Source of the DNA: Antedon mediterranea
Taxonomy: Eukaryota; Animalia; Echinodermata
Reading direction: 5' to 3'
Assembly: GCF_964355755.1 (NCBI RefSeq)
Contig: NC_092675.1
Coordinates: 6,691,812-6,755,811 of the forward strand
DNA: 64,000 nt
Shown: piece after piece, positions 1 through 12,000 of the stretch
Numbering within the stretch: the first letter of the stretch is position 1
Layout of the letters: every line of letters starts with the position of its first letter
Notes under the pieces: model-generated
Told to the model about the DNA's origin: nothing
What the model saw: the letters and a program-made list of their open reading frames with translations, nothing else
Databases searched by the model: none
Translations under genes and position numbers: made by a program

Positions 1-660
1 GTCAATATCACAGTAACAACCATAGTCAATATCACAGTCACAACCACAGTCAATATCACAGTCACAACCACAGTCAATATCACAGTCACAACCACAGTCA
101 ATATCACAGTCACAACCACAGTCAATATCACAGTCACAACCACAGTCAATATCACAGTAACAACCATAGTCAATATCACAGTCACAACCACAGTCAATAT
201 CACAGTCACAACCACAGTCAATATCACAGTCACAACCACAGTCAATATCACAGTCACAACCACAGTCAATATCACAGTCACAACCACAGTCAATATCACA
301 GTAACAACCATAGTCAATATCACAGTCACAACCACAGTCAATATCACAGTCACAACCACAGTCAATATCACAGTAACAACCACAGTCAATATCACAGTCA
401 CAACCACAGTCAATATCACAGTCACAACCACAGTCAATATCACAGTAACAACCATAGTCAATATCACAGTAACAACCATAGTCAATATCACAGTCACAAC
501 CACAGTCAATATCACAGTCACAACCACAGTCAATATCACAGTCACAACCACAGTCAATATCACAGTCACAACCACAGTCAATATCACAGTCACAACCACA
601 GTAACAACCATAGTCACAACCACAGTCACTACAGTCACAACCACAGTCAGTACCACAGTC
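1..660. repeat. 24-bp minisatellite (GTCAATATCACAGTCACAACCACA)n, truncated by the window start, probably intronic in the C-type lectin gene
   Basis: About 25 near-perfect 24-bp units with two recurrent variants (gtc/gta, aca/ata), decaying after ~600. Confidence 0.97.
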
Positions 661-934
661 ATATCCGTAGCAACAATAAATTATAAAGCTGTCTACACTA
701 TCAAAACTTGATGTGATGTGCCCAAATATAGTAGTGATATGCATAAATATGGTAGTGGTATGACATGATTATGTCCATATATAAGCACATCATTTCAGAG
801 CTTGAAATCAGAATCGTTGATATAAAATTTTGAAGTTAGAATATCAATAATAATGTATCATTGGATTTCATTTACAAGATAATGTAACCATAATGTATAC
901 TGTAATTGCCATCAATAACAATTGCCTTCTTTAG

Positions 935-3900
935 ATTGGGATTCGGGTGAGCCCTATGGAGATGGCGACGGAGTTACTTTAAAGTATAATACTTTAAAAT
1001 GGAATGACATTACTACTGCAACTCTCTATCCATCAATATGTGAGAAAGGTAAACTCTTTCATTATTCGCACATTACTTTTGTTTACAAACACATTTAATA
1101 TACATGTTCTTCCAACAAGATCAGTCTACTAATATCCAATTTACATAAACAAGCGGTAACGGTAAGCGGAAACCGCGTGCCTGTTCCACCAGCCGATTCT
1201 GCTACTGTCAAGTACCTATCTATAAAACTATAGCAAGTTATACACGTTGCTGTCTGCAGAAACGCTGTACTTTTAACACCGTACACTGTCCTGTAGCACA
1301 GTATCTGTTGACAATTTAAAATGAGATTATTACCTTAATTATTTTCTATTATAAAAAATTACTTCCTAAATATACAAACCTAACCCTCTAAATAATCTCT
1401 CTCAACTATTAAAAAAAAATGCATTTCCTTGATAGACCTCCAGCGTGTAACATTAAAGCCCTTACCACTAGACCAAACATTTCGGTTGGCAAACAGTGTT
1501 TCCGCAAGATATTTACTCTATATAGCGCCCTCTATAATATATGTACAGCATTTCTACAGACAGCAACGTGTAGTATTGGTAAATAATATAGATTTTATAT
1601 ATATATTTTTATATATTTTTCCACTTACCGCTTACCGTTACCGCTGTGTAGATTGGCCTTAATGGTTCACTCTTTCCACTCGCGGTGCTATGGGATACGA
1701 TTTTAAAGTTTTACAGCATTTTGCATGTTTCTGGTAATTGTTCATAGGTATTGAATGGGAATACTATAATAATAAGAGGTACTTTGCGACTGACTACCGT
1801 ATGACGGCTAACGACGGCGTAAATGTATGTGCAGACATTGGAGGATATCTTGCAGTAATTACTTCAAATGAAGAAAACGCGTTTCTGGTCAACATGATTG
1901 AGAAAACTCACAATAGTAAACGAAAGTTTTACATTGGATATGTGAGCGACAGCAGTGCGGTCTGGTCCTGGCCAGATTCATCTCCAAGAGGTTATTCAAG
2001 TATGTTAAGGATACATTATATATTATTTATTCCCAAAAAACATAATTGTTTTTCTTTGTCTTACTGTATCTGTACTCTATATTACTGTGTCTTAATGTCT
2101 TTTAATGTATTTTACTGTATCATAATATACCTATCTTCTGTATATTGATGCATATTGCTGTATCTTAATGTATCTTACTGTATCTTAATGTATCATACTG
2201 TATCTTAATGTATCTTACTGTATCTTACCATGTCTTAATGTATTTTGCTGTATCTTAGTTTGTCTTCGGTATATTGCTGTGACTGTACCTTAATCTTATT
2301 GTATCCTAATGTAGGCCTATCTTATTGTATCTAACTGTATCTTACTGTATCTTACCATTTCTTAATGTATTTTGCTGTATCTTATTTTGTCTTCCGTATA
2401 TTGCTGTATCTTGCTGCATCTTACTGTCATCTTACTGTATCAGGATTGAACCCGGGACCTTGGTATTGGAAGGCAAGCACGTTAACCACCAAGCTACAGC
2501 TCCACTCTTACTGTATCTTACTGTATCTTACTGTATCTTAATGTATCTTACTGTATCTTAATGTATCATACTGTATCTTAATGTATCTTAATGTATCTTA
2601 ATGTATCTTAATGTATCTTAATGTATCTTACTCTATCTTAATGTATCTTAATGTATCTTACTGTATCTTAATGTATCTTACTGTATCTTAATGTATCTTA
2701 ATGTATCTTAATGTATCTTGCTGTATCTTAATGTATCTTAATGTATCTTAATGTATCTTGCTGTATCTTAATGCATCTTAATGTATCTTAATGTATCATA
2801 CTGTATCTTAATGTATCTTGCTGTATCTTAATGTATCTTGCTGTATCTTAATGTATCTTAATGTATCTTAATGTATCTTGCTGTATCTTAATGTATCTTA
2901 CTGTATCTTAATGTATCATACTGTATCTTAATGTATCTTGCTGTATCTTAATGTATCTTAATGTATCTTAATGTATCTTAATGTATCATACTGTATCTTA
3001 ATGTATCTTAATGTATCTTAATGTATCTTAATGTATCTTGCTGTATCTTAATGTATCTTACTGTATCTTAATGTATCTTACTGTATCTTAATGTATCTTA
3101 ATGTATCTTAATGTATCTTAATGTATCTTAATGTATCTTACTCTATCTTAATGTATCTTAATGTATCTTACTGTATCTTAATGTATCTTACTGTATCTTA
3201 ATGTATCTTAATGTATCTTAATGTATCTTAATGTATCTTACTCTATCTTAATGTATCTTAATGTATCTTACTGTATCTTAATGTATCTTACTGTATCTTA
3301 ATGTATCTTAATGTATCTTAATGTATCTTAATGTATCTTACTCTATCTTAATGTATCTTAATGTATCTTACTCTATCTTAATGTATCTTAATGTATCTTA
3401 CTCTATCTTAATGTATCTTAATGTATCTTACTCTATCTTAATCTATCTTAATGTATCTTACTGTATCTTAATGTATCTTACTGTATCTTAATGTATCTTA
3501 ATGTATCTTACTGTATCTTAATGTATCTTGCTGTATCTTAATGTATCGTACTGTATCTTAATGTATCTTGCTGTATCTTAATGTATCGTACTGTATCTTA
3601 CTGTATCTTGCTGTATCTTGCCATGTCTTAATGTATTTTGTTGTATCTTACTGTATCTTAATGTATCGTACTGTATCTTATTGCATCTTACTGTATCTTA
3701 CTGTATCTTGCTGTATCTTACCATGTCTTAATGTATCTTGCTATATATTACTGTATCTTGCTATATATTACTGTATCTTAATGTATCTTACTGTATCTTA
3801 ATGTATCTTAATACTTGCTATATCTTACTGTATCTTTCTGTATCTTACTGTATCTTACTGTATCTTAATGTATCTTGCTATATCTTACTGTATTTTAACG

Positions 3901-6900
3901 TATCTTTCTGTATCTTACTGTATCTTACTGTATCTTAATGTATCTTGCTGTATCTTTCTGCATCCCAATATAATTTCCTTATCCTAATGTAGGCTTATCT
4001 TACTGTATCTCATTGTATCTTATTGTATGTTACTGTATATTGCTGTATCTTATTGTATCTTACTTTATCGTTCTTTATCTTACTGTATCTTACTGTATCT
4101 GTACCTTACTGAATCTTACTGTATATTATTACTATATTTTAATACATCTTGCTGGATCTTACTGTATTTTACTGTGTCTTAATGTATCTTACGATCTTAC
4201 AGATTGGGCTGTAGGTGAAAGTAATCTGGCGTCCGCATGCGCATTACTGTCTTTATCCGATGGCCAATGGTACGACGAATCGTGTACAGGCATTTACGGA
4301 ATCATATGTGAAGATGGTATGTCTAAAATGGTCAAAAGATACATTATAGACCTGTAGATCACGTTGTACAACTTGACACTAACACTAAAACTAATTTCAA
4401 AATGAAATAGTTTTTGGTGAAGGAGACAAAATTAATAGGCCTATTGTTGATATTCTTTAACTGGAGTCTTATATTTCTCTTTCAGAAATACCTTGGATTC
4501 CATGGCATGATGAGAAATATTACATAAACCCAACTCCAATGCCCTACGACAAAGCAAGAGAAACGTGCCAACAGTTAGGCGGTGATCTTGTGTCATATGA
4601 CACGGTAGAAGAAGAAAAAGTTGTAGAGAGCCTTCTAGAGCGCACACTAATAATAACGTCGAAATATAAAGGTGTTTATATCGGCAACCGCAGAGAAGGC
4701 GATGTGTTTAAATGGGCACGAACTGGCACGGCTAGTACACTGTCTAGTAAGAGAAATTGCAGAAACGTTACGCCATAATTGTCTTTCTTTATCTGTTTTG
4801 GGCACATTTAATACGTGCATGATTAAACATTAACAGAAATATAAATATTATTATAATCATTATCATTGTTTTCTCGAATTAGTAGCACTAATTCAGATAG
4901 GTAGTAGTGGAATGGTAACAACTTTTGAAATAGTGAATACATCACTTTCTTCCTATCTTACAGGTTGGTGTCCAAGTGAACCATCAGGAGGAAGTGAATA
5001 TTGCACAGAGTATTGGAGCGACTTGGATTGTTATTATGATATCAGTTGCTCCCACTTTAGAGCGAGTGTCTGTGAAGCTGGTAAGTGTATTCCTTATGTA
5101 GTAGACAGGAATGTAGGCCGATATCATCGCAAATCAACTGGTAAATATTCAATCAATATCAACAACGAAACCCGCCCATGCGCAGTCTTATTTCTCTAAT
5201 GACTGGTATGCGTCGATAATCAATTGACAACAAGAACATGTTATTGAACAAATTGTTTTTAATTTCATCAAAATCGGACGACAGAAAGTTTATTTTCTTA
5301 CGACCGTAAGATAGAAGTATTTGAGAATCTATATTATCGAATTTTTACTGTATATTTAAATTGTTGTAATTATTATTCTGTTAATAGTTAAAAGTTAATA
5401 CTGTATATAAAATATCAAATAATTATTTTGGGCTTTATGCTTCATACCGTTTAGATTTAAATGCAACTACTGACACCAGCATATGGGAGCTTAGGCGATA
5501 TTTGGTGGTTCCAAAAACCTTAACTTATGATGAAGCTCGTACTAACTGCAATGAGATGGGCATGGAATTGGCATCTATTACGTCACAATATGAAATGGAT
5601 GTTGTTGTCGCAGCTGCACATGCGTATTCAAGCAGCAATCATTATTATTATATTGGATATAATGATATTGTAACCGAAGGAACTTATGTTTGGGGAACAT
5701 CGTCTTCTGGTAGAGCACAAAACGGTTTTGAAAGTAAGTTGAAATGTGAATTCAACATTGGTCTTAAAAACACACTTAAATTTGGTTCCCACTAGAGACG
5801 CAACACAACGATGTAACGCAACGTAAGGGATTTGACCAATCACATGCGATGTATTATTATTTATTATTATTCGTAAGTAAGTAAGTAAGAACCAACCACT
5901 TTGCTCACGTACCGTTCAAGTGTACACGCGTGGTTATCGGAAAGTATTGCCTAGGATAAACTTGAACCCGATAGAGCCTTTGATAATTTAATTAGTCAGA
6001 ATATTAAATTATAAGTTTGTCACTTGTGAAGTTTGTCACTTGTGACCATAAATACATTGAACGACACCCAAAATGTAAAGACCCATAGGCCACAATTAGT
6101 GGAATAACTAAGAAATAGTATTCAATAATACTAAAACTCTGTCTGCACTATCAAATTTTATGTGACAACAAATGTGATTTACCCATATATGGACATGATG
6201 ATGTCATATCACTACCATATTTAAGTATATCACAACCATATATGGGCACATCACACCTTTTTTGTCAAACTAGTTTGATAGTGTAGACAGAGCTTAAGAG
6301 TGATGTGGTACTTTATTATAACATTTAATATTAGCAGCATTTAATATGAAATTTACGTTAAATGTTATCCAGATAACCTTCTTTCCATTCCATCAAATAT
6401 TTGTAATCTTTCTTTCACATTCAGAGGAAAAATGGCAAAATCAGCACTGTGGTTACAAGAGTCCTTAAAACATTATAGAATATCTGATTCAAATCCCAGA
6501 AGGTAGGAAACCTTTTGCCATTTTCCCCCTGACTGTTCACATACACCCTTCATCTTTGATTTTTGTTTTAGTCTGGTCAGATTCTTCTACGTTTGATGAT
6601 ACTAATGATTGTGCTGTTTTGCGACCTCAGGATATGGATTGGTATTCGTATTCATGTACTTCCAACCCATACCATATTTGTGAAATAGGTAAGATTATAG
6701 ACCTTCCAAAATCAATTATAATATCCTATAATCATATGATTACGACATAGCATAGCATTACTTATAATTATTAACCTTTTAATTTTTACATATTCCAATC
6801 CCCAATCCAAAGAGTATGTTGTCCCTGGAAAACATAACTCTAGTAACCAGTAGACCAAACTTAACGAAAACAATGACAAAACTGACAGGATGGAATCAAA

Positions 6901-7306
6901 CCCAACCATTGAAAACAATACAGGCCTAACCCTTGTTTGGAAATCAACATAAATGCCATCATGTATTATTTGAATAAGGTTTATAATGTAGAAAGAATAC
7001 TTAACATTATTGTCTTGTTTTAAAGAGTGGACAGAAGACTATGAATTTCAATATGAAGGAACCAGTGAAGAAGTAGATCACGATACGCAGAACACTTGCG
7101 TTCACGGACACGTATTACAAGATATTAGTGTACGAAGTATAATTGAATGCATAACAGCATGCGTAAATGACGTAGGATGCGTATCCGTAAACTATTACGT
7201 ACCCGCTGATGACGTCATGAACTGTCAACTAAACGATGTTTTCAGATCTGACTACCCGGACGATGTGTTTACTCTGGTCACGTGTACTTATTATGAATTT
7301 ACATAG
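935..7306 (+). CDS. Multi-C-type-lectin-domain protein (mannose-receptor-like CTLD repeats) with C-terminal PAN/apple domain; 5' end lies outside the window
   Basis: Exons 935-1048, 1748-1999, 4203-4316, 4486-4746, 4964-5080, 5455-5733, 6572-6688, 7026-7306, all GT-AG and all phase 1, splicing into one frame. CTLD hallmarks: C..GG.LA.I.S.EE, YIG, W..GEP, WND/WYD, ICE. The last exon has the PAN pattern C...C..D..C.SVNY...CQLN...YY and TAG. AATAAA at ~7706. Confidence 0.9.
1128..1662. mobile_element. Nested non-autonomous DNA elements (MITE within MITE) in a lectin intron
   Basis: Outer inverted repeats gcggtaacggtaagcgg / ccgcttaccgttaccgc, with a related short copy at ~55320-55450. Inner inverted repeats tacacgttgctgtctgcagaaacgctgtac / gtacagcatttctacagacagcaacgtgta (~1240-1571). 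Confidence 0.7.
2060..4200. repeat. 10-bp satellite (ATGTATCTTA/CTGTATCTTA)n filling a lectin intron
   Basis: Homogeneous core ~2504-3810 with degenerate flanks. It explains the spurious YCILLYL-type ORFs. Confidence 0.97.
2441..2503 (-). mobile_element. tRNA-derived SINE head or tRNA-Gly(TCC)-like fragment embedded in the satellite
   Basis: Minus strand reads GGAGCTGTAGCTTGGTGGTTAACGTGCTTGCCTTCCAATACCAAGGTCCCGGGTTCAATCCTG: A-box-like TAGCTTGGTGG, CTTCCAA loop, B-box-like GGTTCAATCC. The 3' acceptor strand is missing. Confidence 0.7.
6135..6294. mobile_element. MITE family A (PIF/Harbinger/Tourist-like, TAA TSD)
   Basis: TIR a(a/g)ctctgtct(g/a)cactatcaaa ... tttgatagtgtagacagagct flanked by TAA/TAA. 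Other copies at ~686-795, 26199-26699, 29131-29273, 30235-30423, 34598-34634, 39020-39154, 41314-41465, 57481-57603. Confidence 0.85.
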
Positions 7307-9013
7307 CTTTAGAAGATGCGAATTAAAATTGGCTAAAGAAAATTTAATGGGCAGCTCGATTTAGGTCTTAATTGTCTTTTTCAGTTAGCGTTTCGATTCT
7401 AGAAATTTATCTTTTTACCAATATTATGTCGAATCGCCGTCTAGCATATAGATTTAAATAACGAATAGGCCTAAATCAACTACATTTAGGTCCCAAAGAT
7501 ACTTTGAGTGATCGTGTGATACGTTTCGTACACTTTGTAATCTGATATTTGTAAACTGTTGACAAAAGTGTTAAAACTTACACTGTAATAGTTCATAAGG
7601 TGATACTGTAATATTTGTAATTAAGAAATTAAGAAAACTTCATTGTACTTTATTATAATGCTATATTTATTTTGAAATGTAAATAGCTTATATATGTTAA
7701 AAGCGAATAAACATGTGTTAGGGTAATTGTGGGGTGCTGAATTCAAATCTGTTGTTTGCCCGGTTCAATATTTTAGATCTTCTCCCTAAAAATGTGAAAA
7801 ACAAAATGATCGCCATTTAAAACTTATTTTGGCTTATAACTTGACTTTTAAGTGACATAGCAGGTTAAAAAGTAGGTGACCTATACCTATGTTTGTGAGG
7901 ATTCCAAATATAGTGTCATTAAAGTATTCTATTTCAGCCACTATGTTGAAATCTAAGATGGCCCACATTTTAAACGTATTTTTGTTAAATAAAAAATAAG
8001 TCCAGGCTTAAAAGCAATTGGTAACAGGCTTCTGAATATGAAATAATAACAGATGATTTAATTTTATTTCGCTGTAAATATATACAAATAATGAATGTTT
8101 ATGAGTTGGATGGTTGAGAATATTCCATGAATCGAAAGGACGTAGACCCAACGAAAGCGAGTTGACCTATGAAAGTTCGAATAATCCATTACTTGTTATA
8201 CGTTGCGCTTACTTACGTTGCGCTTGATAGTGTAGACAGAGATTACGTTTGCTACAGAAGTTCGAGGCATTTATCATACTGTAGGTGGCAGCAAACACTG
8301 CATTCAGTTCAGTATAATTTAAAATGACTGAACGATGAAAAGACTGTAATATAAACGGAAGTCAAGTATTGACAACAGGTAGTAATTGAACCTGCATGGA
8401 GAGGCTCTATTTCACTTCATCTGTTGTTTGCGTACAGGAAATTATGTTCTCGGTACATATCATTACAAAGAAGTAGGCCTACCGAAGATGATGGATAACC
8501 ATCATACTAAACTATTCCTTAGTTGAGAGTAAGTAAGACAAGGAGAGCGATGGAATATATCAAGTCTTTCACAACGAATAGGTTTGTGTCCTGCGAAACT
8601 ATATCATTAGCAGAAGTTATTGTTTATTTTGGAAATAACGTCAGTATGGATTATTATAGCAACATTTTGAAGAATTGACATTTCATCGATTTTTTTTACA
8701 GTATATTAATACGTATATTTGAAAATCAAAACTGTAACAGTAATTAGTCATAGTTCACTATGGTTTTTGAGGAACCTCATATGTTTATTCTGGTATATAT
8801 GCCTACAAGACGTTCATTCTTTTTATAAATAGACCTAAGGGGATATACAGGTAGACGAGGAGACAAATTAACATACACGTGCTAGGAAAATATATTAACT
8901 AGTAATCATAGTGATATTTCTCTAATTTATCGAAGTACTTTAAAGAAGTATCTTTTTCGAATGACACGCATAACTTATATGTGCAAGGCGTTAGGCTTGC
9001 AACTATGTTCAAC

Positions 9014-12000
9014 ATGGGAGCAGTAAATGGGTTTGATGTTCTTTTGGACCATCCTGTGGAGGTATACCAGCCAGGGGAGACTTTAACAGGAAAGGTTGTA
9101 TTGTCACTCACAAAAGATCTTGCAATGAAAGGTAAGGTTAAACAGTCGATTACATGTTACTGTTAACATTTATCCAGTTATCATGACAAGTTCCGTGATA
9201 CAGCATTATTTGTTATACACATGTGAAACCTGTATAATAAATCTTATACATCACGTGATACTAGGCACATATTATGTCATGAGGAGATAGGCCTACAGCA
9301 CTGAAAATAGGGTGACATTCGTTAATTAGACCAAGGAGAAACATACGATTTGGCGCGTGCGTCCAAACGATGATAATGATAGTAGGCATATCTTTAATTG
9401 TACGCGGGCGTAATATTATTCTGCAGAAACATAGATCAAGACAACACAATAATGATTCCTTGATGTTTGATTGTGCAATCAATATAAAAACCAGAATGGT
9501 TGTACTCATTTAATTCAAGATGTATTTGGCCAATTTCCCAAAAAAAGTGTTAATAATAATAGTAATAGTAATAAAGTAATTCACTTTTGCCAAAACAAAA
9601 TGAACGAAAACAATGATAAAAAGACAAAATAAACAGGTGATGTTCAGAAGAATAGTTTAATTACTTCATTGTGATTGTGCATTGTTTCACTAATTGTTTT
9701 CCTAAATGGTTGAATACCTTCATGTTAATTACTATCGAGCAAACCCGTAGCGTGTATCATCGGTTCAGTTCAGTACTGTACAATCAACGCGTTGGTAGTA
9801 CAGTACAATACTACAATAAAATACAAAAATAAATAAATAAAATGAAATCGCAACCAAGTGAAGCCTGTTTTTTTGTATTGATTTGTCACTTGTTTCTGTC
9901 TACGTGAATTTTAAGTTTAATTGAGTAACATTGTTTTGAGATATCGAAAGAGTTGAATTTAACCAAAACCACATTGACTGCCAGACAAACAAAAACATTA
10001 AATTAAACATTTAGGTCAAAACACGTTAATTACATTACTTATGTATGTATTTATGTATGATTTACGGTATTTATTTTGTTTGGAGTTGGTTAAAATCCTT
10101 CAACACAAAACTTGAACAAACTTTTATAAACAAGAATCAGTTGATAAAAATATTTAAATGAGACAAAGAAAAAGAGGCAGGAATCAGTTAATGGTGACGT
10201 CGTGTATCAAAAGTTTGCAGACACGTGACATTATTATATTAAAGATATATTGTCTCTGAAAAAAATATTTTTTAAACATTTGTTTTAGTTTAATATGTCA
10301 TTTTAATGTCACATTATTCATTTTGAACAAACAAAAAACGGTCTGCGATTTATGATATTTTTCTATAAATCCAAGATCCAACAGATTCAAATAATACAAA
10401 AAAACATTATCCATAATTATACTTCACTGTACACATGTTAAACGTTATGTTAAAAAGTACAATCCATTTTAGATAGCCTACACTAACAATGGTATGATTA
10501 TTTTTTTAGGTATACGAGCTTCGTTGAAAGGAGAATCAAGGACACAGTGGCGCGAAAAGCCTGTTCTAAATGTCACTGGTGACAAACGTGGAAGTATAGC
10601 TAAAGGCCTGGAAACATTTTTATGTATAAAAAGAACATTATGGGGAAAGGGTAAGGTATTCTTTATATATTAGTATGTTATTGAATGTGTCACCTTCAGT
10701 ATTATTATGTTGTTCACAAAAGAAAGACATGTTGTGATGTATCAGAGCAGATCTCTATTGATCATTTTAAGTTCACTATATCGGTCGGTTGGTTGGTCGG
10801 CCGGTAAACACTAACTCAAATTTGCGCACGCGACTGCAGCCATGTATATAGCCTTGTTTATTAATGATTGACTGAGAAAACGTATTCAACCCATCCTCTG
10901 CACAGGGAGTTGTAACTCCCTGCTCTGCATAATGCATTTGAGTTATTACGTAACGATATAGACTATTATGCTTCATCTTTTCATACAAAACAACGTCTAT
11001 TGAACGCTTGTTTAGAAGGATGTGAATCTTAAATTTTGTTTTTTATCAAAACAATTTCATTTAATTTATGCTTTATTTATTAACATGCATTTATGTCTCA
11101 GAATAAACACAAATCTTTCTGTGTATAAAATACTGAGCATTTATAAAGCGCTCTTAAACTGCCGTTTTATAGGCCTAATGTTTATGTTACGTAATCCAAA
11201 TCAGTGACATCATCAAAATATTAATTCATTCTACCAGGCCCACGATTGGTTCTCACTAGTTCTTACGCGCAACGCACGTGAATTTAATCACGCAATGAAT
11301 TATCCACCGAACTGTCCCTTGCCATTGCGGTTTGCTTTGCGTTAGGAAATAAAGCGTGGTTCCCACTACGCAGCGACGTATTGACGCACAGTGATGTATT
11401 GCGTAATCACAAGTGGGAACCGACAACGCAATAATGCTGCAAACATCGTTTGATTTCACGCAGGCGGAGGCAAACACAATGATTGGAAGGGCATTTTCTT
11501 ACGTTGCGTAGATTGCGTCACGTTTCGTCGCTAGTGAGAACCAAGCTTTAAACTTTATCACTCTGAAACATGTTTAAAAGATGACAAGAAAATTGTAAAA
11601 CCTGAAAATAAATTGTGTTGATACTGATGATTAGAGTATGATTGGATGTTACAGTATAAAAGTGAATGATTGCCGAAGGGTAGTTACGGCCATGAGAGTA
11701 GATTGTTAAATGAGAAACTTTCTCATGATGATCAATCATAAAAATAAAAATTGATACGATCATGCTCTAGATGAGAATACTGTTATTACCTTTTAATTAT
11801 GTATAAATACATAGTTCGACAATTTGACGTTTCTGTGTTTATACTTGTAACCATTTTTACAAAATCCATGTGATTCCATAAATGAGGGTAATTATAGTGT
11901 GTAGCAAGAAAGATAGAAACGTGATCAAGGTAGACCTAAACGGTGATTAGAAATAACACCATTACTTGAATCACAAGGTAATTCTGTACACAAAGTATTA

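Noticed and set aside
1-711. Open frame encoding mucin-like (VNITVTTT)n with an N-glycosylation sequon in every unit
   Set aside because: Several frames of this repeat are open simply because of its composition. It lies where the intron between two CTLD half-exons is expected, and I saw no convincing donor.
2441-2503. Functional tRNA-Gly gene
   Set aside because: There is no 3' acceptor strand and the anticodon stem is imperfect, so it is better explained as a SINE head.
2325-4200. Hydrophobic YCILLYL-type ORFs
   Set aside because: These are translations of the 10-bp satellite. Only 4203-4316 is a real exon.
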